A stretch of DNA of 64,000 bases. It comes from Camelus dromedarius (lineage: Eukaryota). The DNA is taken from contig NC_087436.1 in assembly GCF_036321535.1 (NCBI RefSeq), forward strand, positions 78,184,001 to 78,248,000, written 5' to 3'. The translations under genes and the position numbers were made by a program. Below are positions 26,900-39,560 of the stretch, in pieces. Numbering within the stretch: position 1 is the stretch's first letter; each line of letters begins with the position of its first letter. The notes under the pieces are model-generated. The model was not told the origin of the DNA. It did not search any database and saw nothing but the letters and a program-made list of their open reading frames with translations.

Positions 26900-28600
26900 A
26901 ATGCAGAAAACCATCCCTGGGCAGTGGGTCTTGAGGCCACCGCGGATTTGCTGGATGGCACACACCAGGGGACTGATGAGATGAGTGGTGGGCTGAGGCC
27001 CATGCCAATCCCTGCAGTCAGGTGTTGGAAGTTGTTGTTGTTCTCTGCAGTGACGAACTCCACTCACACACATTGTTTCTCTACCTTAGACTCTGAGGGG
27101 TAGACTGAGAATTGGGGGTGGGAACAGAGTTTCTGAGGACAGATGTAACGGAGACCAGTGAGAGCCAGGGTGTGTCCACAGGCACAGGATAGTAGGAAAT
27201 GCAGTGCCATTATTTTTCTTGATCTTAAATAGTTCCAAAGAGTGGTCCTCTAGAAAATAGGTTTCTTCCATTCAGACTATCGTCCTGATGCCCATAGACT
27301 GTAAGAATCAGCACTGAATGGCTTCTTGATGTAGAAAATGGTGTTCTAGATCCTCTTAGGTAACTGGTAGTTTTTCCAGGTACCTGCCAGATGTTAGGGG
27401 TGTGGCAGTATTTGGAGGTACAGCAAAAAAGAAAGAGAGAGAGAAGAGAAACTGTAGGGCTTTCTGTACGAAGAGATGTAAACCATTATATGTAGACCTA
27501 GCAGTATCAAGGTACATGGCATGTCAGATTCTGTGTAGAAGAGGCCACAGTATGTTCCACTAGACCATTAGTGTGAGGATGAGCAGCAGAGCATGGGTGG
27601 TTCTGGAAAAGCAGAATTTTGAACTATGCCTCCTAGACTTAGGATATAACTGATACCTGGAATCAGAGGTCAGGTTTTACACTAATGGTGGAGACAGGAA
27701 TTCCTCTAATGAACAGAGTACAGCTAACTGTTACATGTTCTGTGATCTGCCATCTTGGTGAAGGTATCAACCCTCATTGTGGCCACAGGAGGGGAGCAGG
27801 TCCGTGACGAAATCCATTGTAACAGTGGTCTATCAGCCTTTGTGAATTCTAGGTGAGACTGGCCCAAGCACGGGTATCCCAGTGGTTGCTGTACAGAAAC
27901 GGGCTTTGCTGGCTAGGGCTCCCAAAAGTCCCTACAGCCATGCTCAGGATCTTGGATCACTTTTAAAGGCCAGCTAGTTTGGTAATATGACAATACAGCA
28001 GAGTCACAGTATCTGGGTTGCCTCCCTACACAAATAACTAGTAGACAAATAATCCATCAGACAAGGCCCTACCGTCTCTGTATTTAATACCTTTTGGAAG
28101 CCATCCTAGGTCTGTCTGAATTTCAGTAAGTATGCAGCGTCTGCTGGTTGCCTCTACCAGATTTCCTTGAAAATTCCGCTAAATGGCATATCTGACAGCT
28201 GCTTAATGCATTTAAGATACTAAGAACATTAGATGTATCCTTGATCTTTGGTCCATCTTTCAGAGAAGGAAGCTTCTGTCACTCCCTGATATTCCGGCTC
28301 ATGAGAAAAAGTGGTTGACCATTCAGGTGCCAGATGTATAGTGGATATAAAGCTCAATACTAGAAGACAGAGGTCCTTCTGATCCAGCTTTAGTCAAGGC
28401 CCCATTGGGGTCCCTGGATAGTCATAGCAGATGGTCCTCTCCTAAGCAGTGCTTCCAAACAATGGGGAACTTAACTTGAAACTAACATTTCTTTGGGGAC
28501 AAAACTGTAGCCATTGCATTGTCGGAGGCATGCATTTCGATGGGAACAGTCAAGCTCAGGCAGAAACTGTGCACCCTTTAGGAACAGAAGCTCATTTTTC
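26900..28600 (-). pseudogene. fossil Ty3/Gypsy (chromovirus, Sushi-like) pol 3' half: RNase H, integrase, chromodomain
   Basis: Ordered decayed motifs: VPIEMHASDNAMATVLSP (28494-28547), CHITKLAG (27969-27992), RDFWEP (27916-27933), MDFVTDL (27797-27817), VDTFTKMA (27748-27771), LTSD (27662-27673), SAAHPHTNGLVEHT (27549-27590). Then a GPY/F-like stretch (ORF 27086-27271) and a chromodomain-like stretch (about 26910-27085). Confidence 0.88.
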
Positions 28601-28609
28601 TCTAGGGTA

Positions 28610-28970
28610 ATAATCTGAGAAGAGTGTTTCAGGTCGGCTGGCCCCTCTGCTTCATGCCATCTCTCAGGGCTCCAGGCTGACAACAGCTCTGCCATCTTCC
28701 ACATATGGCTTCCAATGCTGCTCAGATCAGCCAGCAGGAAAAATAGAGAGAGACTATAGAGAAGGCTGCTCACTGTATTAAGAGCCCCAGCCCAGAAGCA
28801 GCAAACATCACTTCTACTTAATTTCCATTAGTGAGAAGTCTCATGGACCACAACTAACTGCAAGAGAGGCTGGGAAATTTCACTCCTGTCTAAATAGCCA
28901 TGGGCCCTTATTATTATGGAAGAAGGGATGAACAGGTTTGGTGCGCAGTCAGCCTAGCAGTTTCCATCCT
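28610..28970 (-). mobile_element. old MaLR LTR (MLT1K/L-like) truncating the Gypsy relic
   Basis: 'cagggctccaggctgac...ctgccatcttc', 'catcacttctacttaatttccattagtgagaag...actaactgcaagagaggctgggaaat'. Confidence 0.75.
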
Positions 28971-29655
28971 AAATGGATATACTTTTCAGGTCAGGAGTTA
29001 AAACACATACTGGTCTCTTTCAGGTAATGTCCAAACTGTGTCGGTTCCAACAAATTCACCTTTAGCAGAAGATTTCAATCAGAGTCTGGATTATTAGAGT
29101 CACGTGGGAACTTTTTCCTAACCATGTATGCACAAATCCTATCTACTCACAGACCCAACATTCTGCTTGGATGGGCTGGTGGGGATGGGTATGTGTATTT
29201 AGACAAATTCCCCGGGGGACTCTGACACATGTCTCTGTTGAGAAGCACTGTGGGGAAGGATGGTGAGGCACTGTGCAGAGAGAACGGCAGCATCCAGTCA
29301 GGAACTTCCAAGTCTCTAGGTAGGTGACTTCTTACCGCTCTCTGAAACCCAGACGAGGGTGGACTCAGACAGCTCAGGACTTGAGCTCTAAGGGGCAGAT
29401 CTAAGAGCTGCAAGGCTAGTTCAAGCCACCCCAGACAGTGACAGCACTGAGGCCCCTTCAGGGGTACTGTCACACAAAGGTTAGTGAGGGCAGTGCCGCA
29501 CCTCTCCACTCCCCCCACTGCGGGGATCCAGGAGCGGTGTCCACGTGTCCACAGAACAGAAGGGATCAGGGTGGGTAGCAAGCTAGGTCCACTTAACCAG
29601 AGCCAGTTCATCAGAAGACAGGCTTAGACATGGGAACCCACTCAGTCCTTTAGCT

Positions 29656-29790
29656 CAGTGGTTCTCAACTCAGGCTGCACAGTAGAAGCCTCCAGAGAGC
29701 TTTTAAATTTGTCATTGTCCAGGCATCCTGCCAGAGTAACAGAATCAGATCTCAGGGAGGGAAGGAGAGCTCAGGAATCTCCTCGAGTTT
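29656..29790. mobile_element. MER5-family hAT MITE fragment
   Basis: 'cagtggttctcaactcaggctgcacagtagaa...agagcttttaaa...gaatcagatctc'. Confidence 0.65.
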
Positions 29791-31206
29791 TGTTCATTCT
29801 CTGTGCTCAGGAGTTGCTGAGGTGTCGTGAGGGCGTGTAACCTCTGCCTTAGCTCCTGACCTCAGGAGTGGGGGCACGCACCACTCTGCCCCTCGAGTTT
29901 CTCTCCTCAGCTTCTGTGCCCGTCAGCATGGCCATCTGCTGCCTCTGTGCCCAGGTCCATGCTCTTCTCACCCCGGCCCGTGTTTCCCAGGCACAGGCAG
30001 TAAAAAGCGGCGGTAGCAGCTCCAGTCAGGTGGGTGATGGAAAGTCAAACTCCCAGGAGGTCTTCTGTACCAGCTGAGGAGCCAGGCAGAGGTGGCTACC
30101 CACCCACGGTGTTTGGTCCTAAAAGCGAGCAAGCTCACCAGGAAGAGACCAGAACCGGATGAGAAAGTGAAACTGGCAGCTGTGTCGGGAAGGAGGGTCG
30201 AGAAGTGTGGACCACCTGAGGGGGGCCCCAGAGGTGGGTCTCTATCTCAGTGGAGATACAGAGTCAGGAATTCAGAATCCAGGAGGCAAGAGTGAATAGT
30301 AAAGCAAACAGGTCTGGCTCCAACATGGACGTGATTGGAATGGGATTAGCTGGGGTTCCATAGGGTTTTCTTTGATGCCATTTACCACGTGTGATTTATA
30401 TTATAGGCACATCAGTTTCATTTAAAGAACAGGAGATGAGGTTGACAGTTCCAAATGGAACTAGTAGCAATGTTAAAAATGCACCCACCGGCACATCCAG
30501 CCTCCCCACCTTTACCTAAGTTGTCCTTTCCACCTGAAATGCTTGATGATACCCCCTACTCCCCACCAAGCCACCTTCCACAGCACGTCTTCCGTACCCA
30601 GCTCCTAATCATCCGACTGCAAATGTTGTTTCCTTTACTGGACTGTGAGCCCCTTGCAGACACTTGTTCATCGCAGTGCTTGTCACCACGTAGGTGCTCA
30701 GTGCATGTGTATGAATGAGTGTTGCCAAAACAAAACAAATACCCAGTGTGCTCGGGAACAGAGAACAGAGAGAAGCCTGGAGTGCCACGCGAGGCTCTGA
30801 CACAGAGGTAACTGGTAAGGGGGTCCTAATGAGCAGCTTTCCTGGCAGCGTGGGAGGGAAAGTAGAAGGAACAGCGTATCCAAGGACCCAGAGTTGTAAG
30901 AGGGCTCAGCTAATTCAAGGGACTTGGTATCACCAGCATCAGTGCTCCTCCTTCTCTTTCATTCTAAGCCTCCAGAGCAGGCTAGGCTTTGGGTACTTGC
31001 CTTGTCAATTTGCATAAAAAATGTCCTCCTCCCCCAGAGGTGACCCAAGAAATTCAACTATCCTCATTCTTCACTCCTAAAAAACATCTAATGATGCATA
31101 TCCTTATTCAAATAATTTCCTGATTCATACCTATAGCCTGCTTATCTTTGGCTGTTCCCTATAGCAGCTAAAATTGTTCTTTGTTCTTAAATGAAAAATG
31201 CAGGCC

Positions 31207-31223
31207 TATAATGAAAAAGAATG

Positions 31224-31264
<41 letters not shown>

Positions 31265-31345
31265 GTAACTGACTCACTGTGCTATATACCAAAAACTAAC
31301 AAAACACTGTAAATCAACTATGCTCCAATTAAAAATTAAAAAATT
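31207..31345 (+). mobile_element. very short 5'-truncated young L1 (3' tail only) with internal (CA)n
   Basis: 'tataatgaaaaagaat...gtaactgactcactgtgctatataccaaaaactaacaaaacactgtaaatcaactatgctccaatt' plus an A-rich tail; TSD aaatgcaggcc (31196-31206) / aaatgcaagcc (31346-31356). Confidence 0.9.
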
Positions 31346-34300
31346 AAATGCAAGCCCTCAGATAACCTCATTCTCCCCTGCCAAGTCCTGAACAGATGCA
31401 CGAATGGAGCTGTTTAAGTATCACAGTCTTCCATCTACTCAATCCACTATTTGCCCAATCTCTTTAGGAGTTAACATTTTGGTGAGCTAAACAGAAGAGA
31501 AGATTCTAGAAGTTCTGATCCCACTTCCCTTGACTTATTCATGGAACAAATGTAAACAAAGCTTCAACAATGGCCAAAGAAAGCCCTGGTGAGTTTACAG
31601 TTTTTTAAAGTCTACATTTTTGGCAAATGCCTCAAGCTCAGATTTTCAACACTTGGACACAGCTCTGAGCCCATCTACAGATCCACCCAGTTTTACAGAG
31701 GCTGCTGCTCTGTTTTGGCACATCACTGTGGTGACGGGGGTCTTACAAATAGCCCTAGTTTTTGAAGGCAAATCTGCATACTGAAAGTACAAAAGAGATT
31801 CCTTTATTACTTGAACGTCCCCAAACTATGTTTATACCATCATTTCTTCTACATGAACAAATTCCCAACCACCCCTAACAGCAGCAGGGGTTAAAAACGC
31901 TCTCCCTGCTGTTTCACTGATGTTTTGCAATTGGCCTGTTTTGCACCTGGCCTGTTTTGCACCCACCTATTTGTATACTTTACAGTCTTCAAATTAACCT
32001 CATTGCCCCGCCATCAGAAATGAGTTGAGCATTCACTTATTCATTTATGCAACAAGCCTTCATCTCAAGATTGCTTTGTACCCTCGTGTGGCTGAGCTGT
32101 ACCCTAAATCTATTCACCCATTTATGCATCATTCAATATGCATCTATTGAAAACCAGCTGTGTTCCAGCACCTGGTCTGGATGTGCTGGGATGACAGAAA
32201 TGACCACACTGTGGCTCCTGCTTCTGAGGTGCCAGCAATATGTAGGGTTCACTACAGTTTGCTTCATGAAGAAGGGCACTGCCCTAGCTTCTCTCATTAG
32301 TAAGGCATGAAACACCCCAGCCAACCTCCCCTAATGGGATCTTCCTCCTTTATTCTTTCCTTCACAGAAACTGCAACAGTGGTTTAAACCTTCCCCTTCT
32401 GTCCGTCCACGGACCTTAAGGAAGGAAAACCTGTCTCCTGCCCGCACCCCCCCTCCGCTTCCACCTCTTCTCCACCTTCATGCAAGGGAGCCGTGTTCAA
32501 GCCGTTCCAGCAAGTACACAGTTAATCCCCACCATCACTTGGTATATTGGGCCTAAATGCTATTATAATCATTTGTTGAATGAGGAAACAGATGTCAGAC
32601 TTAAGACCCTGTGCCCAAAACACACAAACCCGTGATGCAACAGGTCTAAGACCTAGGTCTTTCCACTGCATCGCGCGAACTCCAACAGGAGCTCCGCTGA
32701 ATCAGTCGATATTATTTTCCCAGAGCTTCTACGTGGCTAATTTTCACAGAATCCATCAAACTTCAGTTTTCCTTTATTCCTGGAGTTATGTCTATGCTTT
32801 CTTCTAAAATCTCCCCCCCCCCAACTTTACAGTTAGAAATGGCAATAAAATGGCATTAAGTTGAAGCCAAACTGACAGGTTTTCCTGACCAGGTCGTGAC
32901 CTTACTCGCTGATTCCATTAGAAAGACTTTGCAGACAAAAGGCAACTTTCAAAATGCTGAGACAGCAGGCTTGGTTCTAAGGATGTTGAAGGGGCTGTTC
33001 AATGAGTGATCTGGCTTCCTTTCCTCATGAATGCAGGTCGAGATAAGAATCTATAGATACCCTGGCTCTTTCAACCCGTTAAACCCAGACATTGCTGTAA
33101 TGCACATTACAGAGATAAAGAGCATTAGAAACATAAACATGGATTTCCTCCCGCAAGGACTGGTGTCTGGAGGAACAAAAGACCTACACTTTGCTTAATT
33201 AACTCACGCATTTCTAGAACTAGAAGTCTTAGGAGCTCAGACTTTGGGCTACTCACCAGCTTGGTGAGGCCAGTTATCAGAGCATCCTAGCCATCTTGAT
33301 TAGAATTCGAAGGTTCCCTGCTTATGGAACTGGGCTGGCGACCATCTGAGCGCATACGTTTACAGACTAGGGTATCTGGGAGCTGTTTCTAGGTGAGAGA
33401 GAGGGAAGAAATTTTGGAGCAAGAGTGTTCAGGAGAAAGAGAAGACACAGGCACGGAGGGGCAGATGAGCATAATGGAAGGGAATTATAAACCAGTCTTC
33501 AGCCCACTGGGTAGGGTAGCTAAGACCAGAAACTGGAGGCATTGTGTCAAGAAAGACCACGAAACTCTTGAAACAAGCAGGGCTGCCTTGAGGCCAAGGG
33601 CCCAAACTCTTCCCAGGGCCGGGCAGAGGGGCCTCACACTTCCTCACTACAGCACGGCGACGCCCTGCGGGTCACAGGGCAGAGAGAGCCACAAGGCATG
33701 GTGCCCACCCACCCGACTGACATCAGGAGCAGGGCTGTCCCGCAGAGCTCACAGTCAGGCGGTGACAAGCTTCCCTCAGGTGGCTCTAGTCAGCCGACTT
33801 CCATAAAGAAACCTGAGAAGTCCGTGTGAGAAACACTCGGGAACTTTCAGAAACACACGGTGAGAGAAACTTGGCTGAGAACTGAGTTTCTTATGTCAAC
33901 TAGTGGGCGCCAGGAGCTGACAAAGTAGAGTCTTCAGTGTGGATGTTTGTCTTCACAGCCTGGTGAAACCTGGGACTTTTGGGTAGAAGACACTGGAGAG
34001 ATCAAGAAATCCTAGAGTTGCTTGTTTTAAAATCTCATAGGAAGAAATCAGCAGAAATAGAAGGATAGTGAGGGAGAGGAATAATGCAGTCCAGCTTAAC
34101 AGCATGAAGATTCTGGGTTCTGACCTTCATCTCAACCAGGCTGCCTCTGGGAATTAAAGGTCATTCTCTAGCACCTCCTCAGACACATCTGCCCACCCTT
34201 CTGCCTTCCAGTCTGATCAACCCAATCATATCACGCAAAAGTGAAGCTGCATTTTGTAAAAGCCCCAGGTTGACTAAACTCCAGTAGATGCCACTGGGTG

Positions 34301-35104
34301 GACCAGCAGTCTTCTCTTCCCTCATCCGGTTCCAGCCCCAGGACTCCCGCACGCTGGGCACATAAGGCCATGATTCCTCAGAATCTTTGACCTAGGACCT
34401 AAATTCAATCAATTCAGTACTAATGAGAATAAACTGGAGGGTGGATGGCAGGCTCTGACAGTCACCAGAGTCAGCATGTCCTTGGGGAAGGAAATACTCA
34501 AAAGGTAAGAAGGACGAGATGAGGTTCTAGTCACACACAACCTGGACACAAGGTCAGGGCTGCTGGTTCCCTCAAAGGCCATCAGGAAACAAGCCCCAAG
34601 GACGAGAGAAGGCAGTGTCCTTGCCCCCCCAAGGAGTCTCTGAACAAAGGGGTAGCTGGTCTGTGAACAGCATTCTTACAGAAGTTCTAGGATCACTGTT
34701 CACTTGGGAGAGTGATTCCCAGGCTCTCACCGATAATGCCTGGGGTGTGCACAGAGAGCTGGCAGTCCCTCGAGGGTTGAGGGAAGACACCAGCCCAAGA
34801 GGTACAGGATGGCCCTTGAGGAGGTGCAACTTAAGACCCCTAAAAAGAGGACCAGGGAGCCAACGCACCTCCTGGAACCCTGAGCAGACCCCACTTCCCA
34901 TTCCCTGAATGGAGGGGAACATACAAAGATCTGAAGTAGCCCATGCCAACAAGGGGCTCTGGTCAGAAAGATTCCTCACCCAGGATCCATGAGCAACATC
35001 GGAGAATGGGGCAAAATTTACTACGAGTGGTAAAGAGTTTGCAGCCTCACAGAGCATTAGGTTAGCGTAATTCATCCCTTACCGATTATGAAAAGGGGCG
35101 ATAC

Positions 35105-35207
35105 ACCACTGCGGAAAAGATTAGGAAAGCCCTACGCCTTATGACCCAGAAATGCCACTCCTGTGTGCAGGCCCAGGGGAAAGAGTACTTGTGGCCACCA
35201 AAAAAAA

Positions 35208-35238
<31 letters not shown>

Positions 35239-35720
35239 CAGGTACCAGAATCATCACAGTAGTGTCAGTTACAATGGCCTAAAACTTGAAGCAACCAAAA
35301 GTGTACCAACAGTTGAACAGATTAATACATTGTGGTGTGTTCTTGCCATGGAATACTAAACAGTATTGGAAAGAAAAGAACTCCTGCTACGTGTGAGACC
35401 ACAGATGACTCTCCCAGACAGAATGCTGGACCAAAGAAGCCAGAAACAAAAGAGTAAATATTCTGTGATTCCGTTTATAGAAAGTTCAAAAACTTTCTAT
35501 AAGCTAATCTACAGTCAGAGACAGAGGTCTGCAGAGTGGTTCCTTTATCAGGGGACACGCAAATTCTGGGTGCTGAAAATTCTACAGCTCAAAATGCAGG
35601 GTGAGCACAAAGCAATATACAAAGTGATTGTGCTGCGATACTTAAGAGACGTGCATTTTCTTGAAGGGAAAGGGGAAAAAAAGATGTGCATTTTCTATAG
35701 GTTATACCTCAGTAAAAAGA
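35105..35720 (+). mobile_element. old L1 (L1MC/ME-like) 3' end with an internal poly(A) expansion at about 35199-35238
   Basis: 'tatgacccagaaatgccactcc', 'atggaatactaaacag', 'aaagaagccagaaacaaaagagtaaatattctgtgattccgtttataga'. Confidence 0.85.
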
Positions 35721-36399
35721 TACAAGGCAGGGGATGTAAATTAAAATACATAAAAGAATCATGGGCATGCCGATGAGCACAGGGAACTGACTGGGAATCA
35801 AATAAGAAAAAGCCAGCTGAGTTTTCCAGTGAGTTATGGAGCCTGGGACCAAAAGGAACTGTGGCTGATCAACAAGCAGGTAGAAGACTAAGAAAGTCCA
35901 CCTTTCTCCCAAGGAGGACATATTCTCTAAGGCCATTCTCACATGTGGCCAAGGAGGACAACAGTAAAAAGAAAACCCTCTCGGAGGGAGAGCCAGAGGC
36001 CTGCGAAATTATCTCTGAGAAACAGAAGTGAGAGTTACCCAAGAGACAGTGCCTGCACGGATGTCAGGACGGTACCACCAGCAGCTGCTACGTGGGTATG
36101 AGTTTCCCCTTTCTCATGGGAGGGATTCATGTGGCCATCTGGTTTCTGTTCCATCGCTGCCTGCGGCATGTGTGGGGCATAGATGATTTGCCCTGGAGTG
36201 GGTGGGTGGATGTGTCTCTAGATTAAGAGACGTTAGATCCAGATACGACGTAGAGATTCTCACGAGATCCTGGACTTTGGACTTGATGTTACCACTGGAT
36301 GGTCACTCCACGAGCAGGGTACTATTGTTATTTCCACTTTAAAAATGAAGGAATCCACACCCAAATCTATTCCTACTGAAATGTTCTCTTTGCAGGTGA

Positions 36400-36730
36400 G
36401 CTGTTTCTCCTTCTAGTCAAGGTTAATTTCTGCACTTACCACTGGCTCCCATGACCAATCCCCGTTCCTCTTCATCTCTAAGACATTCCTGCATCAGCTG
36501 ATTCCTTTTTTTTTTTTTCTCTCCATCTTCAAACTCTCCAGCCTTCTCTGCAGGCTCCATAGCTTGGTTTCCCTTTCCATCTGTTGTTTTGTTTGACCCC
36601 TAAATAGCGGTGTTCCCCAATTTCTCCTTTCACTTCATTCCTAACCTTGACCTCTTCAGTCTGTCTAAGGGTTTCAGTTCCTTTCATGGCTTTAGTAACT
36701 ATATCCTTCGTTGGTCACTTCCAAATCTAA
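36400..36730 (+). mobile_element. L2 fragment
   Basis: 'gtgttccccaa', 'catggctttagtaactatatc...tccaaatcta'. Confidence 0.5.
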
Positions 36731-39162
36731 ATTGTTAGTAATACTAAAGTAGCTTAAAATGTTGATTTTAAGAAGAGATTGGAAGGAAAGCACACACAAA
36801 ATCCACATATTGCCAAGTTTTATTTTCTCCTTTGGACCAAATCAATTTTGCACACTGAGGCACTAAGTAACACAATATTTTAATTTTGCATTTTTTTTCA
36901 AATTTTAAAACAAAGCACACGTTAACTCTAGATTTCAGTCTGACTTACAGTGACAGGTTGTATAAGATGCTTTTTGAGCTGTTCTTAAGCACAATATGGA
37001 AGTTTGTTACTGACTTTTGCTCAATAAAAATGAGACAGATCTTTCTAAATTATTACAGAACAAATCATTTCTCCAAAAAAGAAGGCGGAGGAGGGGAGGA
37101 GACAGAGGAAGAGGCGGGCGAAGGAGGAGGAGGAGAAAAGGAGGCACAGAGAGGTTTAGGTAACAATGAGCATCACAGAGCGAATGGTGCTAAGGTAGCA
37201 TTTTATTAGGGCAGTTTGGTTCCAGAGGCATTAGTAGTTACTTAGAAACTGTAAATTACATCACACAATGCTATAAATATTCCATATATTACATAGCCTG
37301 TGTGACCAGTTAATCCGTAACAACTCCATTTAATGCGTGAAAGTACATTATTGTGTTCTTTAGAGGCTTAAAAGATTTTTAGAAATACTTTAGAGACCTG
37401 AGAGGAAAATTGAAGAAATGGTCACAGAAAGCACTTCCCCCACCAAGATTAAGAATGGCCCAGGAATAAAACAAGAGGAAGGAAGTCAGACGCCCTGTGC
37501 GGATCAGGACCCAAAGCTGCACAGTCAGTCAGTGATCCTCGTTCCAGTCATATGACTTCAATCTCAGCACTTCTCTGCAGGGGGAAATGAGCACAGTTCT
37601 GTCCTCCAGCACATCTCTGTCTTTTTAAGTAAACAGAGATACATCTTCCAAAGGGCATCCCTTGTAGCACCAGGAGCAGACGGTGCCACACGGAAGCACA
37701 ACAAGGGCGTGAGAAACATTTGCAAACCTGCAGGGTGCTTCCCCTGAGACACCCGGCAACACTGCTTTTGACACCTGAATCCCCAAGCCCCTTAAGAGAT
37801 AACAGGGGGACATGCCTCAGAACACCACATCACCTCGATGACACTAAAGAGCCCTTAAGTAACCTTGGGATTTCCAGAGTTAATGCAAGCTGACAGGTCT
37901 GATTCAGCCAGAAGTGCAACTTTTCCTTGGATACCTTCTGCTTGCTCCTGATGCCAACATTTGTGGCTCCCTGAGCAGAAATGGAAAGCTGCAATTTCCT
38001 TTTCATCTTTTTCTCACCTCTAGAACTACATGAGAAGAAAGACTTTTCCAGGAATCTCTCTCTAAAGGACAGCAAGTGGAAACAGATCCCTCATCAGGAA
38101 CACATGGCACCTCTCTTTCCCATGGAGACAGGTGGATGCCTGTGGCAGCTTCTGGGGAACCAGCAAGTCACTGGCAGTGGCCCTCAGCACCTCTTTTCAT
38201 GGGCAACCGTGTTCAGGTGCTTTTGTGGCAAGCTGCCAGCACAAGGCTCTAATTAATTAAAGTGCTCTTCTTGCCAGGGATATTGGCCATTTTGACATCT
38301 CAGCTGGAGACTGGAGCTCATGAAGGTTCAGCTTTGGAAGAGCAGCTCTGCTTTTACCACGTTTGATCTCCCCAGTGGGAAAAGCCAAGGGCCCTGAGTT
38401 GCAATAATCATGTTAAGTGCCAGTTTCCATTGCCAAGGAAACAGTACACTCTTTTCTTTATCCTTCCCTTGGGGGAAACTCCCACTGAGTCATTTACTGG
38501 GTTCTCTGCTTATCTTGCAACTCCACACCAGCAGCACCATTTTTCCCCCCAACATATCTAAGCAGTTTTGCCAGCCTTCATGCTCTGTGGTTTTAAAGAT
38601 CATCAAATTTAGGCTCAACCCCAGAGCAGGACAGAGGGCATGATCTCCCAAGACAAAATTTAAAGTGCTAGCCACTTGAAATTGGAGAGTTATCCCACTC
38701 ATTTCATGGGGCAGGCAAGGCTTTGAGAAGCCCATCCTCCAGCCCCAGACCAGGACATGACTCAGTAGTCTCTGTCTTTACAGAAGGAGGAGCCATACTA
38801 GAGGTGGTCTCTGGCCACTTCCAGCTCGACATTTCTGTGGTCACACTTGCTATGACTGAAGGTGGTGGTGGTGGTGGTGCTGGTGGTGGTGGTGAACAGC
38901 AGTACTAGTAACTCGTTTCACACGAATGTTTAAGGAGCTACTATGTTCAAGTCTCAGTTCACATCCATGAATAAAGCAGATTCAAAAAATCAGGAGAAGG
39001 TAATAAACAATACAGGGAAGATGAATTACATCGTATCTTAGACCTTGTGAAGTTAAAAAATTGACGAAGTGGAGACTGAACAGGTTGCAATTTTAAGTAG
39101 GGTGGTGACTGAGCAGATGCTGATACACTGATGCAGTTGAATCACGTTGAAGGGAGTGGAGG

Positions 39163-39560
39163 AGGGCAGCCTCCCTCCCCCCTCCCTCTCCTCCTCTCCT
39201 CCTCCTCTCACTCCCCAGCAGAGAAAGAGCTGTGCGCACTCATTTGCAACATTTGGTTCTGGATTCCACGCACTCTCCTTTCAGCTCATGTTGTTTGGTT
39301 TGGGTTTTCTTTGCTGCATTTTTCCATTCCCACTGTCCCAGGGCAGGGCTGGACAGAGTCCAGGCTCTGGGAACCGCTTTCTGCGACTGGACGCCCAGCT
39401 CTACGACCCCACGGGCTCTACCACTTTGCTTAAGTTACTCAGCCTCTCTGTGCCTCACTTGTCTCCTGTGTAAAATGAGCCAAATAGTGGTACCCACCTA
39501 CAGAATCGTTGTAAGGGTTGAGAGGTGGATCCACATAAAATCCTTAGAGTGGCGTCTCAG
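39163..39560 (+). repeat. left arm of a diverged inverted duplication (unique part plus MIR)
   Basis: 39236-39256 is the exact reverse complement of 42313-42333, and 39259-39283 matches 42271-42295 at 24/25; similarity continues through a MIR. Confidence 0.92.

Noticed and set aside
26870..26915. Possible PPT and 3' LTR start (TGTAAG on the minus strand) after the chromodomain
   Set aside because: No clear polypurine tract and no second LTR copy to confirm it.
31921..31963. 16-bp tandem repeat tggcctgttttgcacc x2 plus a partial copy
   Set aside because: Ordinary slippage duplication with no spacers; not an array of functional type.
33896..34305. CTCF-like strings caactagtgggcgc and ccagtagatgccac
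   Set aside because: Each has mismatches at informative core positions; not supportable without ChIP data.
36375..36402. Plus-strand YAG|GTGAG recursive-splice-like motif (similar ones near 19700 and 29020)
   Set aside because: On the opposite strand to the best exon candidate, at the edge of repeat-derived DNA, and such motifs occur often by chance.
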